Below are positions 1-7,945 of a DNA stretch of 42,545 nt, one piece after another. The notes beneath the pieces were generated by a model that saw only the letters and a program-made list of their open reading frames with translations, was not told the origin of the DNA and searched no databases. Numbering within the stretch: the first letter of the stretch is position 1; each line of letters starts with the position of its first letter. The position numbers and the translations under genes are program-made. This stretch comes from a virus. The stretch is from UHGV virus genome UHGV-0212520. One strand, 5' to 3'.

Positions 1-12
1 TTGATTCAGATA

Positions 13-639
13 TTAGCGGCGGCGACGTTCACGGCGTGGTGCTTCATCTTCTTCGTCGTCCTCAAGGTCATTGACGCTTGCAGCGACTTTAGAACCCCCA
101 AACGCTTTACCTTCGCTAACGTATTTAATTGCCAGCAGGTTAACGCCGAGGACTTTGTATTTCTGGCTGAACCAAATTTCAACGCTTACGTTAGCGACGC
201 AGCCGCTGTAAACCTGTTCACCTTCAATCTGTTCACCGTCTACATTGAAGTCCTGCTCTACCTGAGTCTCGCCTTTTTTAGATGTTACAATCAGAGGCTG
301 CTTCTGTGCCTTCGCTTTGAAATAGAATCCTTCCGGGAAGTCTTCAAACGGATTGTCGCGCTCGGCGATGTCCTTAATCGCGCATTTATCCATGTGCTTA
401 CCCTCGCCGTAGTTGGACTTCATCCACTTCTCGGCAGCGGCAGCACCTAACGCTTCTTCGACTACAGCGTAAACGGTGTCGTATAGAGCATCGATTTGAG
501 CATGGTCGGACGGCAGGATAATCGTAGCGCTGTACTGCCCTTTAGTGATTGAGCCATCGTCGTTTTCACGGTCTTTTTCGCGTTCGAATACGTTAACCCA
601 TGCAGTGTTTACTTTACGCAGATTCAGTTTAATGCCCAT
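13..639 (-). CDS. Putative ssDNA-binding protein (DUF2815-like), acidic then basic C-terminal tail
   Basis: 208 aa ORF; N-terminal pattern KVNTAWVNVFERE resembles DUF2815 phage SSB-like proteins (from memory, unverified); C-terminus DLEDDEEDEAPRRERRRR; sits at the start of a minus-strand replication operon downstream of promoter 694-722. Confidence 0.45.
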   Translation of the reverse strand: MGIKLNLRKVNTAWVNVFEREKDRENDDGSITKGQYSATIILPSDHAQIDALYDTVYAVVEEALGAAAAEKWMKSNYGEGKHMDKCAIKDIAERDNPFEDFPEGFYFKAKAQKQPLIVTSKKGETQVEQDFNVDGEQIEGEQVYSGCVANVSVEIWFSQKYKVLGVNLLAIKYVSEGKAFGGSKVAASVNDLEDDEEDEAPRRERRRR

Positions 640-693
640 CTTAATTTCTCGCTTTTCAGTTTACTCCGGGAAGCTGCCCGGCCAGTGATTAGA

Positions 694-722
694 ACTATAA
701 TAGCTAACTATTCAGGTGTCAA
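694..722 (-). promoter_or_regulatory. sigma70-like promoter, family A copy 1 (TTGACA-N17-TATAGT on minus strand)
   Basis: Minus strand reads TTGACA (717-722), 17-nt spacer cctgaatagttagctat, TATAGT (694-699); near-identical blocks at 3855-3884 and 39831-39859. Confidence 0.55.
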
Positions 723-955
723 CCCTTCCAGCCAGTTATTTTCTCAACTATAGTTAGGTATATGTTAGGCCACTCTAAATTCCACACCCATTTAATTTCC
801 TTCGTCTGGCCCAGTTGCTCGGGGTCTACCGTTTCATACTTAATCGCAACGTAGACCACGAGTGGAAGAAGGATAATTAGAAGCGGCACTAACATAGCCC
901 AGTAAGCAACAAATGCCACAAACCCACCAAATACCCTGAACGTTTTACGAATCAT
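719..955 (-). CDS. Small membrane protein (one strong TM helix)
   Basis: ATG at 955 overlaps the stop of the upstream exonuclease gene (ATGA), with GAGGAGGA as RBS; hydrophobic stretch FGGFVAFVAYWAMLVPLLIILLPLVVYVAI. Confidence 0.45.
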   Translation of the reverse strand: MIRKTFRVFGGFVAFVAYWAMLVPLLIILLPLVVYVAIKYETVDPEQLGQTKEIKWVWNLEWPNIYLTIVEKITGWKG

Positions 956-2217
956 TCCAAATCCTCCTCTGTTACCTGATTCCACTCAGGACGTTTGTCG
1001 TCTGCCGTTGCCACACATGGCGCACCCGGCTTACGGGTAATAAAGTCTTTCAGTTCTTCTTCCGGCACAACTTTAACAGCTTCGGTCGGCGTCATGAGCA
1101 CTTGCTTCATTAGTGCTATACCATACTTGCCAGCCACTTTCTCCGCGTCTTTCCACGCACGATTACCTGGGCGACCTTCAACCAGTTTGTACCCCGGAAC
1201 TTTCTTACCGGAATGCAGTGCAGATGTCATCGCTTTCTCAACCTTGTCGATGTGCTGGCGCAACAATGGCAACTTCTCATACTCAGTTACGAGTTGCTCC
1301 GGCGTCAGTTCCAGCACAAAGTCGTCTTCAAGTTCTTCCACCAGCACCGCGTTAACCGTCTTTGTACGCGATGCGCACTGTTCAGAGAACCTACACCACT
1401 GACAGCCATCGACCGACGGCTTGAAGTCCGACGCTTTCAGGTTCTTCTTACCGCGGAAATAGGCATCAAGGGCTAACAGTGCTCGTTTCTGCGCAAACTT
1501 AGCGAACAGTTCCAGACCTTCAACTGAGATGTCCCACTCCGACGCACCACCCGCGTAGGGCTGGAAGATAACCAGACGAACTGTTGTTATGTTATAACGT
1601 CTCTTAAGTCTGCGATAAACGCCGAGAGCGTAAAGCATAAGCTGCTTGTTTTCTTTCGCTTCGACACGATGTCGTCCCGTTTTCAGGTCACCGATAATTA
1701 GCATGTGCTCGTCGGTGTTAGCCAGCTCCTGTACGGCAACGAGGTCAGCCGTTCCGAACGTCTGTAGTTCTTCTTGCCGTCCGCCAGGGCTATTGATGTA
1801 CCCCGGATGCAATACCTCAGTAAGATTGACGCGCATCTCGATCTTGGCGTAAGTGGCTACATCGATAATCGCTTTGCAGTAGTCAGTGTACTTGCGAACC
1901 TGCTCAATCATGTCTGCCGTAATCAGTACCGCGCCTTTCATCGGACTTATTAGCGCCTTAATCTGGCCTTTACCCTCATCCAGCACGTAAGCACCGACTT
2001 CGCGCTCTAACGGCAACGCGGTGCCTTTGATGTACTGGTTTAGGTGCATCTCAGCTATTGTGTGCATTGCCGTACCTAATACGGCGGCTTTACCGGACGT
2101 GTTAGGGATATCTTTTTCACAGGCCAGTGATGCGGCGCAACTTAGCCACTTTTTAGCGCCTGACGGCGACAGTAAGGCGTGCACATCATTATTGCCGCCG
2201 CGTTCTTTTAAAATCAT
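952..2217 (-). CDS. PD-(D/E)xK exonuclease, Cas4/RecB-nuclease-like with Fe-S cysteine cluster
   Basis: 421 aa; N-terminal Cys (LSCAASLAC) plus C-terminal C-x2-C-x5-C (CQWCRFSEQC) typical of Cas4/AddB-type nucleases; GDLKTG candidate active-site segment; RBS GGAGAG; ends in TEEDLE. Confidence 0.7.
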   Translation of the reverse strand: MILKERGGNNDVHALLSPSGAKKWLSCAASLACEKDIPNTSGKAAVLGTAMHTIAEMHLNQYIKGTALPLEREVGAYVLDEGKGQIKALISPMKGAVLITADMIEQVRKYTDYCKAIIDVATYAKIEMRVNLTEVLHPGYINSPGGRQEELQTFGTADLVAVQELANTDEHMLIIGDLKTGRHRVEAKENKQLMLYALGVYRRLKRRYNITTVRLVIFQPYAGGASEWDISVEGLELFAKFAQKRALLALDAYFRGKKNLKASDFKPSVDGCQWCRFSEQCASRTKTVNAVLVEELEDDFVLELTPEQLVTEYEKLPLLRQHIDKVEKAMTSALHSGKKVPGYKLVEGRPGNRAWKDAEKVAGKYGIALMKQVLMTPTEAVKVVPEEELKDFITRKPGAPCVATADDKRPEWNQVTEEDLE

Positions 2218-2561
2218 CGTAAACTCTCCAAATACAAGTTTAATGCTTGTAACTGTTCTTCTGTAGGAATGAAAGAATCATCACGATGCAAGTCACTTAA
2301 CTGTTGCAGCATTCCGGCGAACTGACGTCTTGCGTCAACAGATTCCATGTGATGTTTTTCACTTTTATATACTAGTGTTTTCGGGTAATCATCAAGCCTG
2401 CCAGACGATTTATTCACTCTGAGAACCCGAGCTTCGTGTGCAATGTGGATATACTTTCTCCCGTTTTGTAGCACAGTAGCTACGCCACTGTTCTTTCTGC
2501 GGTCGCCGACGGTGTAAACCTTGTCACCGCTGCGCAAATTAAGCCACCATTTATCCGTCAT
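2214..2561 (-). CDS. Hypothetical protein
   Basis: ORF in operon with ATGA overlaps on both sides; start moved to ATG 2561 (RBS GGGAGA) from the track's upstream alternative start. Confidence 0.5.
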   Translation of the reverse strand: MTDKWWLNLRSGDKVYTVGDRRKNSGVATVLQNGRKYIHIAHEARVLRVNKSSGRLDDYPKTLVYKSEKHHMESVDARRQFAGMLQQLSDLHRDDSFIPTEEQLQALNLYLESLR

Positions 2562-2830
2562 ACCCTGTTCTCCCACTGGTCAATTAAATGACGAGTCTTA
2601 TGTTCGCAATGCATAGCCCAGCCATACATCGACTCGAAGACATAAAAGTCAGGTTTGGCGAAAGTCGTGCGCTTAATCTGCGACACATGGCGGCCTATAT
2701 CTTTAGGCCGTGGTACTTTGCCTAAGTACGCCATCTCTTCCATCTGGTGCGAACCGGACGGCGCTCGCAACAGCCATAGAGCCTCTGTGTTATCCCGCCT
2801 GTCTACGGCGCGGTAGAGTTGGTAAATCAT
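2558..2830 (-). CDS. Hypothetical protein
   Basis: 90 aa ORF, ATG with RBS AGGAGA, translationally coupled to neighbours. Confidence 0.5.
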   Translation of the reverse strand: MIYQLYRAVDRRDNTEALWLLRAPSGSHQMEEMAYLGKVPRPKDIGRHVSQIKRTTFAKPDFYVFESMYGWAMHCEHKTRHLIDQWENRV

Positions 2831-3114
2831 TTCTTTGTCTCCTGCATTTTAAGGAAGACAATCATAGCGGCGCGGAGAGGGTTTTCGTGCGTACTTTTGG
2901 TGAACGATGCCGAGTGATACGCCCTATACGTAAACGTATGTCGGTTAACCGTAACGCATTCAATTGATATGTGATTATCAATTATTACAGGCCATGCATC
3001 AGATGGGTTGTTGCAGTAGTCTTTGGCCTTAAACGAATTCAATCCTGAAATTTGCATAACCTCTGCGTGCACACGGCAGTTAATTTCAAAATCGCTCATA
3101 GCTTCGTATTTCAT
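2827..3114 (-). CDS. Hypothetical protein
   Basis: 95 aa ORF in minus-strand operon, overlapping stop/start with downstream gene. Confidence 0.5.
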   Translation of the reverse strand: MKYEAMSDFEINCRVHAEVMQISGLNSFKAKDYCNNPSDAWPVIIDNHISIECVTVNRHTFTYRAYHSASFTKSTHENPLRAAMIVFLKMQETKK

Positions 3115-3129
3115 ATTTCCGACCCTCAG

Positions 3130-3152
3130 TTAAAGCGGCCCGAAGGCCGCGG
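3130..3152 (-). other. GC hairpin (gcggcc-cgaa-ggccgc) between genes; possible attenuator or processing site
   Basis: Perfect 6-bp stem with a 4-nt loop at about 3133-3148; only a weak T-tract downstream on the minus strand. Confidence 0.3.
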
Positions 3153-3157
3153 GATAA

Positions 3158-3658
3158 TTATTCTTCTTCGAAATACTTGTTCTTGATTGCCGTAAGGCGT
3201 TCCAAGTACTCAGCAAGGTCTTCGTCTTTAATCGCGGCAATCTTCATCTTCTTGCCAGTGAACTCTTCCAGCAGTTCGTCAGAATCGTCGCATGCGGCGT
3301 CGCTAGGACCTTCGTTAATCGCGTCGTCGATGGCCTGAATCTGGTCACGAAGAGACTGGTAATCGACTTCTTCTTTCACTTCTTCCGGTTCTGGCGTTGG
3401 TTCCTCTACTTTAGCTTTACGCGGCTTGCGTTTCGGCTTCTCTTCTTCTGTCGGTTTAGTGTCGACGATGTCTTCACCTTCGACTGGGATTTCTTTTGTT
3501 TCTTCTTCTGCACATTTGGCTACCGCTTCTTTGGTATACACTACCGTCTCTATTTCCAGAGGCTCGGCAACCTGAACAACTTGTTTTGCACTATTCGCAG
3601 CAATCAGTTCGTGTGCAACTACGAAACGTTCCAGTAATTTTAAAAATTGTTCTAACAT
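3158..3658 (-). CDS. Highly acidic protein with short basic patch (function unknown)
   Basis: 166 aa, very E/D-rich (net charge strongly negative by eye) with internal KPKRKPRKAK; RBS AGGAGA. Confidence 0.55.
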   Translation of the reverse strand: MLEQFLKLLERFVVAHELIAANSAKQVVQVAEPLEIETVVYTKEAVAKCAEEETKEIPVEGEDIVDTKPTEEEKPKRKPRKAKVEEPTPEPEEVKEEVDYQSLRDQIQAIDDAINEGPSDAACDDSDELLEEFTGKKMKIAAIKDEDLAEYLERLTAIKNKYFEEE

Positions 3659-3673
3659 TTGTTTCTCTCCTGT

Positions 3674-3823
3674 TTATTTATACTTAACGGTTTTAACTAA
3701 CTGGCCTGTTGCTTTGTCGAAGAAGCCAACGCGATTGTTGCTTACTCGATATCGTGCGGTTTCTTTAGTCCCAAATGCGATATCAAGGCCTAACAAAATC
3801 TTTGCTTTGCGATTATTGGACAT
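3674..3823 (-). CDS. Small hypothetical protein (49 aa), first gene after promoter A2
   Basis: ATG at 3823 with strong RBS GAGAGGAGAGAAAC; not in ORF track (<60 aa); translation MSNNRKAKILLGLDIAFGTKETARYRVSNNRVGFFDKATGQLVKTVKYK. Confidence 0.35.
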   Translation of the reverse strand: MSNNRKAKILLGLDIAFGTKETARYRVSNNRVGFFDKATGQLVKTVKYK

Positions 3824-3854
3824 TTGTTTCTCTCCTCTCGTTTGGTATGGGCTA

Positions 3855-3884
3855 ACTATAATAGCTAACTATTCATTGTGTCAA
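3855..3884 (-). promoter_or_regulatory. sigma70-like promoter, family A copy 2 (TTGACA-N18-TATAGT)
   Basis: Plus-strand block aactataatagctaactattcattgtgtcaa is near-identical to the 691-722 block; divergent from the HTH gene at 3949. Confidence 0.5.
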
Positions 3885-3948
3885 TGGGCTTTTCTAAAAT
3901 AATTAATATGGTACTATTCACATATCAACTGACTAAGGAGTAACTGAC

Positions 3949-4164
3949 ATGCAACCATCTGAACTAGGCATCCGTGTAGAACAACGCCGAAAAGAACTCG
4001 GCATCTCCCAGCGCCGTCTGGCTGTCCTGGCCGGTGTTTCCCAGGGCGCGATTAATCAGCTGGCTCTCGGTGTAACTCAGGACGTCCGCCCGGCAACGCT
4101 GTTTAAACTGGCGGAAGTGCTGCAAGTAGACGCCAAGTGGCTGGCGTTTGGTGAAGGGGCTTAA
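3949..4164 (+). CDS. XRE/Cro-like helix-turn-helix transcriptional regulator
   Basis: 71 aa; HTH signature LGISQRRLAVLAGVSQGAINQLALG; RBS AAGGAG 8 nt upstream; lone plus-strand gene embedded in minus-strand early region, convergent with primase-helicase. Confidence 0.7.
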   Translation: MQPSELGIRVEQRRKELGISQRRLAVLAGVSQGAINQLALGVTQDVRPATLFKLAEVLQVDAKWLAFGEGA

Positions 4165-4180
4165 CGCCCCTTTCTTTTTA
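4153..4180 (+). terminator. Intrinsic terminator overlapping the stop codon of the HTH gene
   Basis: ggggc-ttaac-gcccc hairpin followed by tttcttttt. Confidence 0.5.
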
Positions 4181-4181
4181 C

Positions 4182-6449
4182 CTATTCCAAATCCTCCTCT
4201 GTCACCACCAGCATTTCATTCGGTTCGTATATTGTCTTCGGTATTTTGTTGTCCGTTATCCGGGTGTTCAGCCTGTAACGGCCCGGTATTATCTGATTGT
4301 TTTCGTCTGTTCCAGGTACAAGATACCCGGCCTCAACCATTTTCTTAATCTTCCCGCGTTCTATGGCTTCTTTGGAGTTAAACGCCTTCGCGTTGGGGTC
4401 AGACTGTGCCAGCTTATTCGCTGCGGCCACCGTGATACCTTCGTTGCCGTTGTAGGTTCCTTCCGCCAGTTCAAACGCTGCCAGTATCGTGGCTTCTGAA
4501 CTGTTGACGGCGTTCTCTACGGTTTTACGTACATTTTCTTTACCTTCCTTTGTCAGCCCTTCTTCGCGCTCTTTCTCCTCGTCAGTCTTGAACGGCTCGA
4601 AGCCCCACGGCATCAGCACAAGCGCCTTGTGCGGCTCAGGCAGGTCGAGGTTTACTATTGTGCCGTATTCCTCTGTGTTACCCAGGAACTCAACTGCACG
4701 GTACTCTTTCGGTGGCGGCGCTTCACGGAACTGTACCGACTCCAGCACCATGCCAACTGTCTTCTGTTGCGGCCCGTGCTTAAATTTCGAGTGGTATACG
4801 TTTATCTGTCTGTCGGTAGCGCGTTCGATTGTCAGTTCCACGTCGACGCCCGCGTACAGCGCCCCACTACCGCGGGCTTTCTTTCCACCTTTAGGTGTGT
4901 GGTGGACAACGCCTACCGCAGCTTTAGTTGCATCACGCACTTCTTTCAGGATGGCGATAACTTTACCCATGCCGATTGCCGTTGATGAGCTGTTCTCGTC
5001 GAACTTATCAATCGTCAGAGCCAGGGTCTGGTTGAGGGTGTCGAACGCAACCATCCCAATCGGCTCGTCGCCAGCAGTTTCACGCATTATCTTAATCAGG
5101 CTTTTCAGTTTTCCGACTTCACCCATATCGATGACGTGTACATAATCTTTACCCTCAACGCCGTATTTAGCCGCGAGTGCATCGATACGTGTACGTGTGG
5201 CTGCGCCACCCTCGCCGTCGATATAGAAATGGTGGCAACGCTGGGTGTCAGCCCCCGCAAACCGGTATCCGGTGGCGCTGAGGTACATCATCCCCAGCGT
5301 ATAGAACGATTTGTACGTGCCAGATTCCCCGACGATATCCCAGATACAATCCGACGGCATGTACCCTTCTACGACGAAATCAGCCTTTACCGGGTCCGGC
5401 AGCTCGTCCTCCTCTGAGTCATCCTCGTCTTCCAGGTCGTCCAGGCTGCATGAAACAGATTCACGCGCGCCCCAGCCAATAGCCTCCGCGACTTCACTGA
5501 ACGGCAGACCAGTCGCATCGCACGCGTACTTCCACACCTCTTTCGGTGCCATGCCTTCGGTCGCCGTAATGTCGGTGTCGTGAATCATGGTTACGTTCGG
5601 CGCTTCGTAGCCTTCGCGCGGGAAGCACAGCAGGAAGTCGTCCGGGCGCGGTGTCGGGTCGCTGTAGTTCTCTGCATGTTCCGGTGTAGCTGGCATCTTC
5701 AGACCGCGGGGTGTCATGACGCCGCCGTACTCAAACGCCAGTGCCTCGAACGCGTCTGTAAACGCGGTGCGCAGTTCTTCCGGTATCTGGTAATCCGATG
5801 CGCTGCTCACCTCGTAATCCGGGGCGCCTTCCAGTAATTCGTCCGGGTCAATCAGGTCGTTGCGGCGCGACCAGATAACAGTAGAGCCTACCGGCGGCAG
5901 GTACATCGGTTGCGAAAGGGTGAAACCGCTGCGGTCGGCACCCATGCCTTTGAAGAAGTGCTCAAGCAAGCCATGACGAACACGGATGACGTCACCACCT
6001 TCGACTGGGCGGGCCAGCGGCATGACGACACGGAACCGCGGCGACTCATCGTTATGTGATGCCGTGGTGTAGAGGCACATAGCCCGTCGGCTGCGCTTAA
6101 CCAGGCACACCGCTTCCTGATACTCTTCCGGCGTTGCACTGTCGAAGTCAAGATACGCTAGTGACGATTTGCTTACAGACGCGTCACAGCGGTAAAAGAA
6201 GCCTTTACGCGCCCGCTTAAGGTCCCCGGTTTCCGGGTCTTTTACGGTGCTGTGCGTAGAGTCGCACGCAGCGGTGATATACCCCGGCGCGGTCTTAGGG
6301 TTAATCCCGCCACGGACAGCATCAAGCGGCTGGATTAACTCTTTCAGGTCGTCCAGTGTTGCTGTGTGTGTGGTTCTGACGTTTATATCCTTTTTCTCTG
6401 CCCGCGCGTTGCGACGAGACCACGAGTAGGATAAAATTACATCGGACAT
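4182..6449 (-). CDS. Putative replicative primase-helicase (C-terminal RecA-fold/RepA-like ATPase)
   Basis: 755 aa; C-terminal region GESGTYKSF ... VVHHTPKGGKKARGSGALYAGVDVELTIER resembles RepA/DnaB-like ATPase helicases; N-terminal domain unassigned; RBS GAAGGA; ends in TEEDLE. Confidence 0.6.
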   Translation of the reverse strand: MSDVILSYSWSRRNARAEKKDINVRTTHTATLDDLKELIQPLDAVRGGINPKTAPGYITAACDSTHSTVKDPETGDLKRARKGFFYRCDASVSKSSLAYLDFDSATPEEYQEAVCLVKRSRRAMCLYTTASHNDESPRFRVVMPLARPVEGGDVIRVRHGLLEHFFKGMGADRSGFTLSQPMYLPPVGSTVIWSRRNDLIDPDELLEGAPDYEVSSASDYQIPEELRTAFTDAFEALAFEYGGVMTPRGLKMPATPEHAENYSDPTPRPDDFLLCFPREGYEAPNVTMIHDTDITATEGMAPKEVWKYACDATGLPFSEVAEAIGWGARESVSCSLDDLEDEDDSEEDELPDPVKADFVVEGYMPSDCIWDIVGESGTYKSFYTLGMMYLSATGYRFAGADTQRCHHFYIDGEGGAATRTRIDALAAKYGVEGKDYVHVIDMGEVGKLKSLIKIMRETAGDEPIGMVAFDTLNQTLALTIDKFDENSSSTAIGMGKVIAILKEVRDATKAAVGVVHHTPKGGKKARGSGALYAGVDVELTIERATDRQINVYHSKFKHGPQQKTVGMVLESVQFREAPPPKEYRAVEFLGNTEEYGTIVNLDLPEPHKALVLMPWGFEPFKTDEEKEREEGLTKEGKENVRKTVENAVNSSEATILAAFELAEGTYNGNEGITVAAANKLAQSDPNAKAFNSKEAIERGKIKKMVEAGYLVPGTDENNQIIPGRYRLNTRITDNKIPKTIYEPNEMLVVTEEDLE

Positions 6450-6474
6450 GTTGTATTTCCTTCAGCAAGTAATT

Positions 6475-6502
6475 TGGCCCCGGCGCTCTAACGTCGGGGC
6501 TT
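6475..6502. other. GC hairpin gccccg-N-cggggc with T-tract on plus side
   Basis: Inverted repeat at about 6477-6500 followed by tttcttttatt on plus strand; lies between two minus-strand genes. Confidence 0.3.
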
Positions 6503-6506
6503 TCTT

Positions 6507-6740
6507 TTATTCCAGGTCTTCTAAAGTAGCGGTCATTCCGCGAACTTCTGCAACGGCACTATATTTCCCACCAACATTTTTCACGACACCGGACTTAACC
6601 AGCACCTTCAACGACCCTTCAATAATGGCGGAACTATAGTACTTAAAATAACTACGGCGCAAGTCGATAACGCTGCACGACCCTTTTTTACGTGTTAACG
6701 AAACTACTGCCGTGAATACCCGTGACTGGAACTCGGTCAT
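6507..6740 (-). CDS. Hypothetical protein ending in TATLEDLE
   Basis: 77 aa ORF; ATG overlaps the stop of the upstream AlpA-like gene (ATGA); C-terminal LEDLE tail resembles the EEDLE tails of exonuclease and primase-helicase. Confidence 0.5.
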   Translation of the reverse strand: MTEFQSRVFTAVVSLTRKKGSCSVIDLRRSYFKYYSSAIIEGSLKVLVKSGVVKNVGGKYSAVAEVRGMTATLEDLE

Positions 6741-6907
6741 TTTACATTCTCCTTAATCCACGCTTCCACTTTCTCCGGGTCAAACGTACCTGGTTGCCGG
6801 CGGCCCATAATGCGAATACAACAATCCGGGAACTTCCCACTCTTTAACCAGTTATTCAGCGTGCGACGAGTAACCCCGATACGCTCAGCTACCTCATTCT
6901 GTGTCAT
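6737..6907 (-). CDS. AlpA/Xis-like small HTH DNA-binding protein
   Basis: 56 aa; MTQNEVAERIGVTRRTLNNWLKSGKFP matches the AlpA-type HTH pattern; RBS AAGGAG; not in ORF track (<60 aa). Confidence 0.5.
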   Translation of the reverse strand: MTQNEVAERIGVTRRTLNNWLKSGKFPDCCIRIMGRRQPGTFDPEKVEAWIKENVK

Positions 6908-7046
6908 CTTTAATCTCCTTAATTGTTTCCCGCGCGAACGCTGTAGCTGTGCCGTATTTATTGGGGCAGTATCGGCTCTCGTTATGTCCGCTAAACCATG
7001 CTTCTATAAGCAACTCTTTCAACTGTTCTTCTGTCAAAGTAACCAT
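6894..7046 (-). CDS. Small hypothetical protein (50 aa), first gene of the early minus-strand operon
   Basis: ATG at 7046 with RBS GAGGG; located immediately downstream of the promoter at 7079-7107. Confidence 0.35.
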   Translation of the reverse strand: MVTLTEEQLKELLIEAWFSGHNESRYCPNKYGTATAFARETIKEIKDDTE

Positions 7047-7078
7047 TCTCAAACCCTCATTATCAGTTAACGAAACCG

Positions 7079-7107
7079 AGTATACATTGCGAATAATGGG
7101 AAATCAA
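7079..7107 (-). promoter_or_regulatory. sigma70-like early promoter (TTGATT-N17-TATACT on minus strand)
   Basis: Reverse complement of 7079-7107 gives TTGATT, 17-nt spacer, TATACT; faces the operon starting at 7046. Confidence 0.45.
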
Positions 7108-7394
7108 ACATAATCGCACCTATTGACATTATGAAAATCTTCGTTTAAGGTGCTTCTATATCTTAGTTACTTTGATTCCTGTTCACCTTGTAATACCCGC
7201 TTGAAACGCAGCTGCGCCAAAGCGCAAGCGAAGTGTTAAGCGGCAGATTACTGAACATATGAATTATAGTAACTTTCCTTCCTTAGTATCTCCGGTTGCC
7301 CTGGGCAAGCTCTATTCTCATCGGCAGCATATCTCTTAAGTATCTGATTTTCTTAAAGTGCCGTAGATTCGCAACCGTAAAAATGTAACGATTA

Positions 7395-7425
7395 TTGGGC
7401 AGGCCTTAAGGCCTGCCCTTTAGTT
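7395..7425 (+). terminator. Strong hairpin (gggcaggcc-ttaa-ggcctgccc) with downstream T-tract inside the large intergenic region
   Basis: 9-bp perfect stem at 7397-7418 followed by tttagtt; no annotated upstream plus-strand gene. Confidence 0.4.
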
Positions 7426-7490
7426 ACCAAGTAATAAGAATAAAGGCACAACCTTCCCTGAAGAATCACAACGGCAACGTAACTATTCTC

Positions 7491-7519
7491 TTGCACACCC
7501 CAACATAATAGGATACTAT
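7491..7519 (+). promoter_or_regulatory. sigma70-like promoter, family B copy 1 (TTGCAC-N17-TACTAT)
   Basis: TTGCAC 7491-7496, spacer accccaacataatagga, TACTAT 7514-7519; spacer and flank conserved with 8821-8849 and the minus-strand copies at 19594-19622 and 28174-28202. Confidence 0.5.
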
Positions 7520-7553
7520 TCGCTTATCGGAACGAGACAGAGGAGCGAGGGTT

Positions 7554-7742
7554 ATGTTTAAGAAGGGTCAGTTGGTCCGTAGTAAAAAGTCTGGATGTTT
7601 ATACTCCGTATTTTCCACCAACAACAGAGGCAGTGCCGCCATTTGTAAACTTCGCAATGTATTTACTGGCGGTCATGCAACTGTAAGCGCGGAATATTTA
7701 AAACTCATCGGCAACAATTTTAAATTCAAAGGGGAGAAGTGA
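7554..7742 (+). CDS. Hypothetical small basic protein
   Basis: 62 aa ORF, ATG with GAGGAG RBS; first gene after promoter B1. Confidence 0.5.
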   Translation: MFKKGQLVRSKKSGCLYSVFSTNNRGSAAICKLRNVFTGGHATVSAEYLKLIGNNFKFKGEK

Positions 7743-7945
7743 TGGAAGAATTATTCGAAGAGATGAAACATCATAGACTGGAGAAAGTGCATTTCCAGGT
7801 AAACAGATACGAGGTTGTTTTATTAGATGGCCCAACTATTTCTTCCGGGACATGTGAGCTATTGCTGAAAGTTTTACGTGCGCTCCGAACGGCATCGAAT
7901 CATGATGCTCGTGCCGAAGACTCTGAGGGAGGTTGCCGTAAATGA
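7739..7945 (+). CDS. Hypothetical protein
   Basis: 68 aa ORF, overlapping stop/start, RBS GGGGAG. Confidence 0.5.
   Translation: MMEELFEEMKHHRLEKVHFQVNRYEVVLLDGPTISSGTCELLLKVLRALRTASNHDARAEDSEGGCRK

Noticed and set aside
1-450. Plus-strand ORF 1-450 (TTG start) at the window edge
   Set aside because: Antisense to the 208-aa SSB-like gene, which has a promoter and RBS; the edge ORF begins with TTG at position 1 and is likely spurious.
995-1852. Plus-strand ORFs (995-1402, 1113-1355, 1213-1476, 1646-1852) overlapping the minus-strand exonuclease gene
   Set aside because: They lie antisense within a well-supported 421-aa gene with recognisable nuclease motifs, lack RBSs and have low-complexity Ser/Ala/Arg-rich translations typical of shadow ORFs.
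4489-6151. Plus- and minus-frame ORFs inside the primase-helicase gene (4489-5145, 4629-4985, 5136-5837, 5888-6151)
   Set aside because: All are embedded in alternative frames of the 755-aa gene with no independent translation signals; interpreted as frame shadows.
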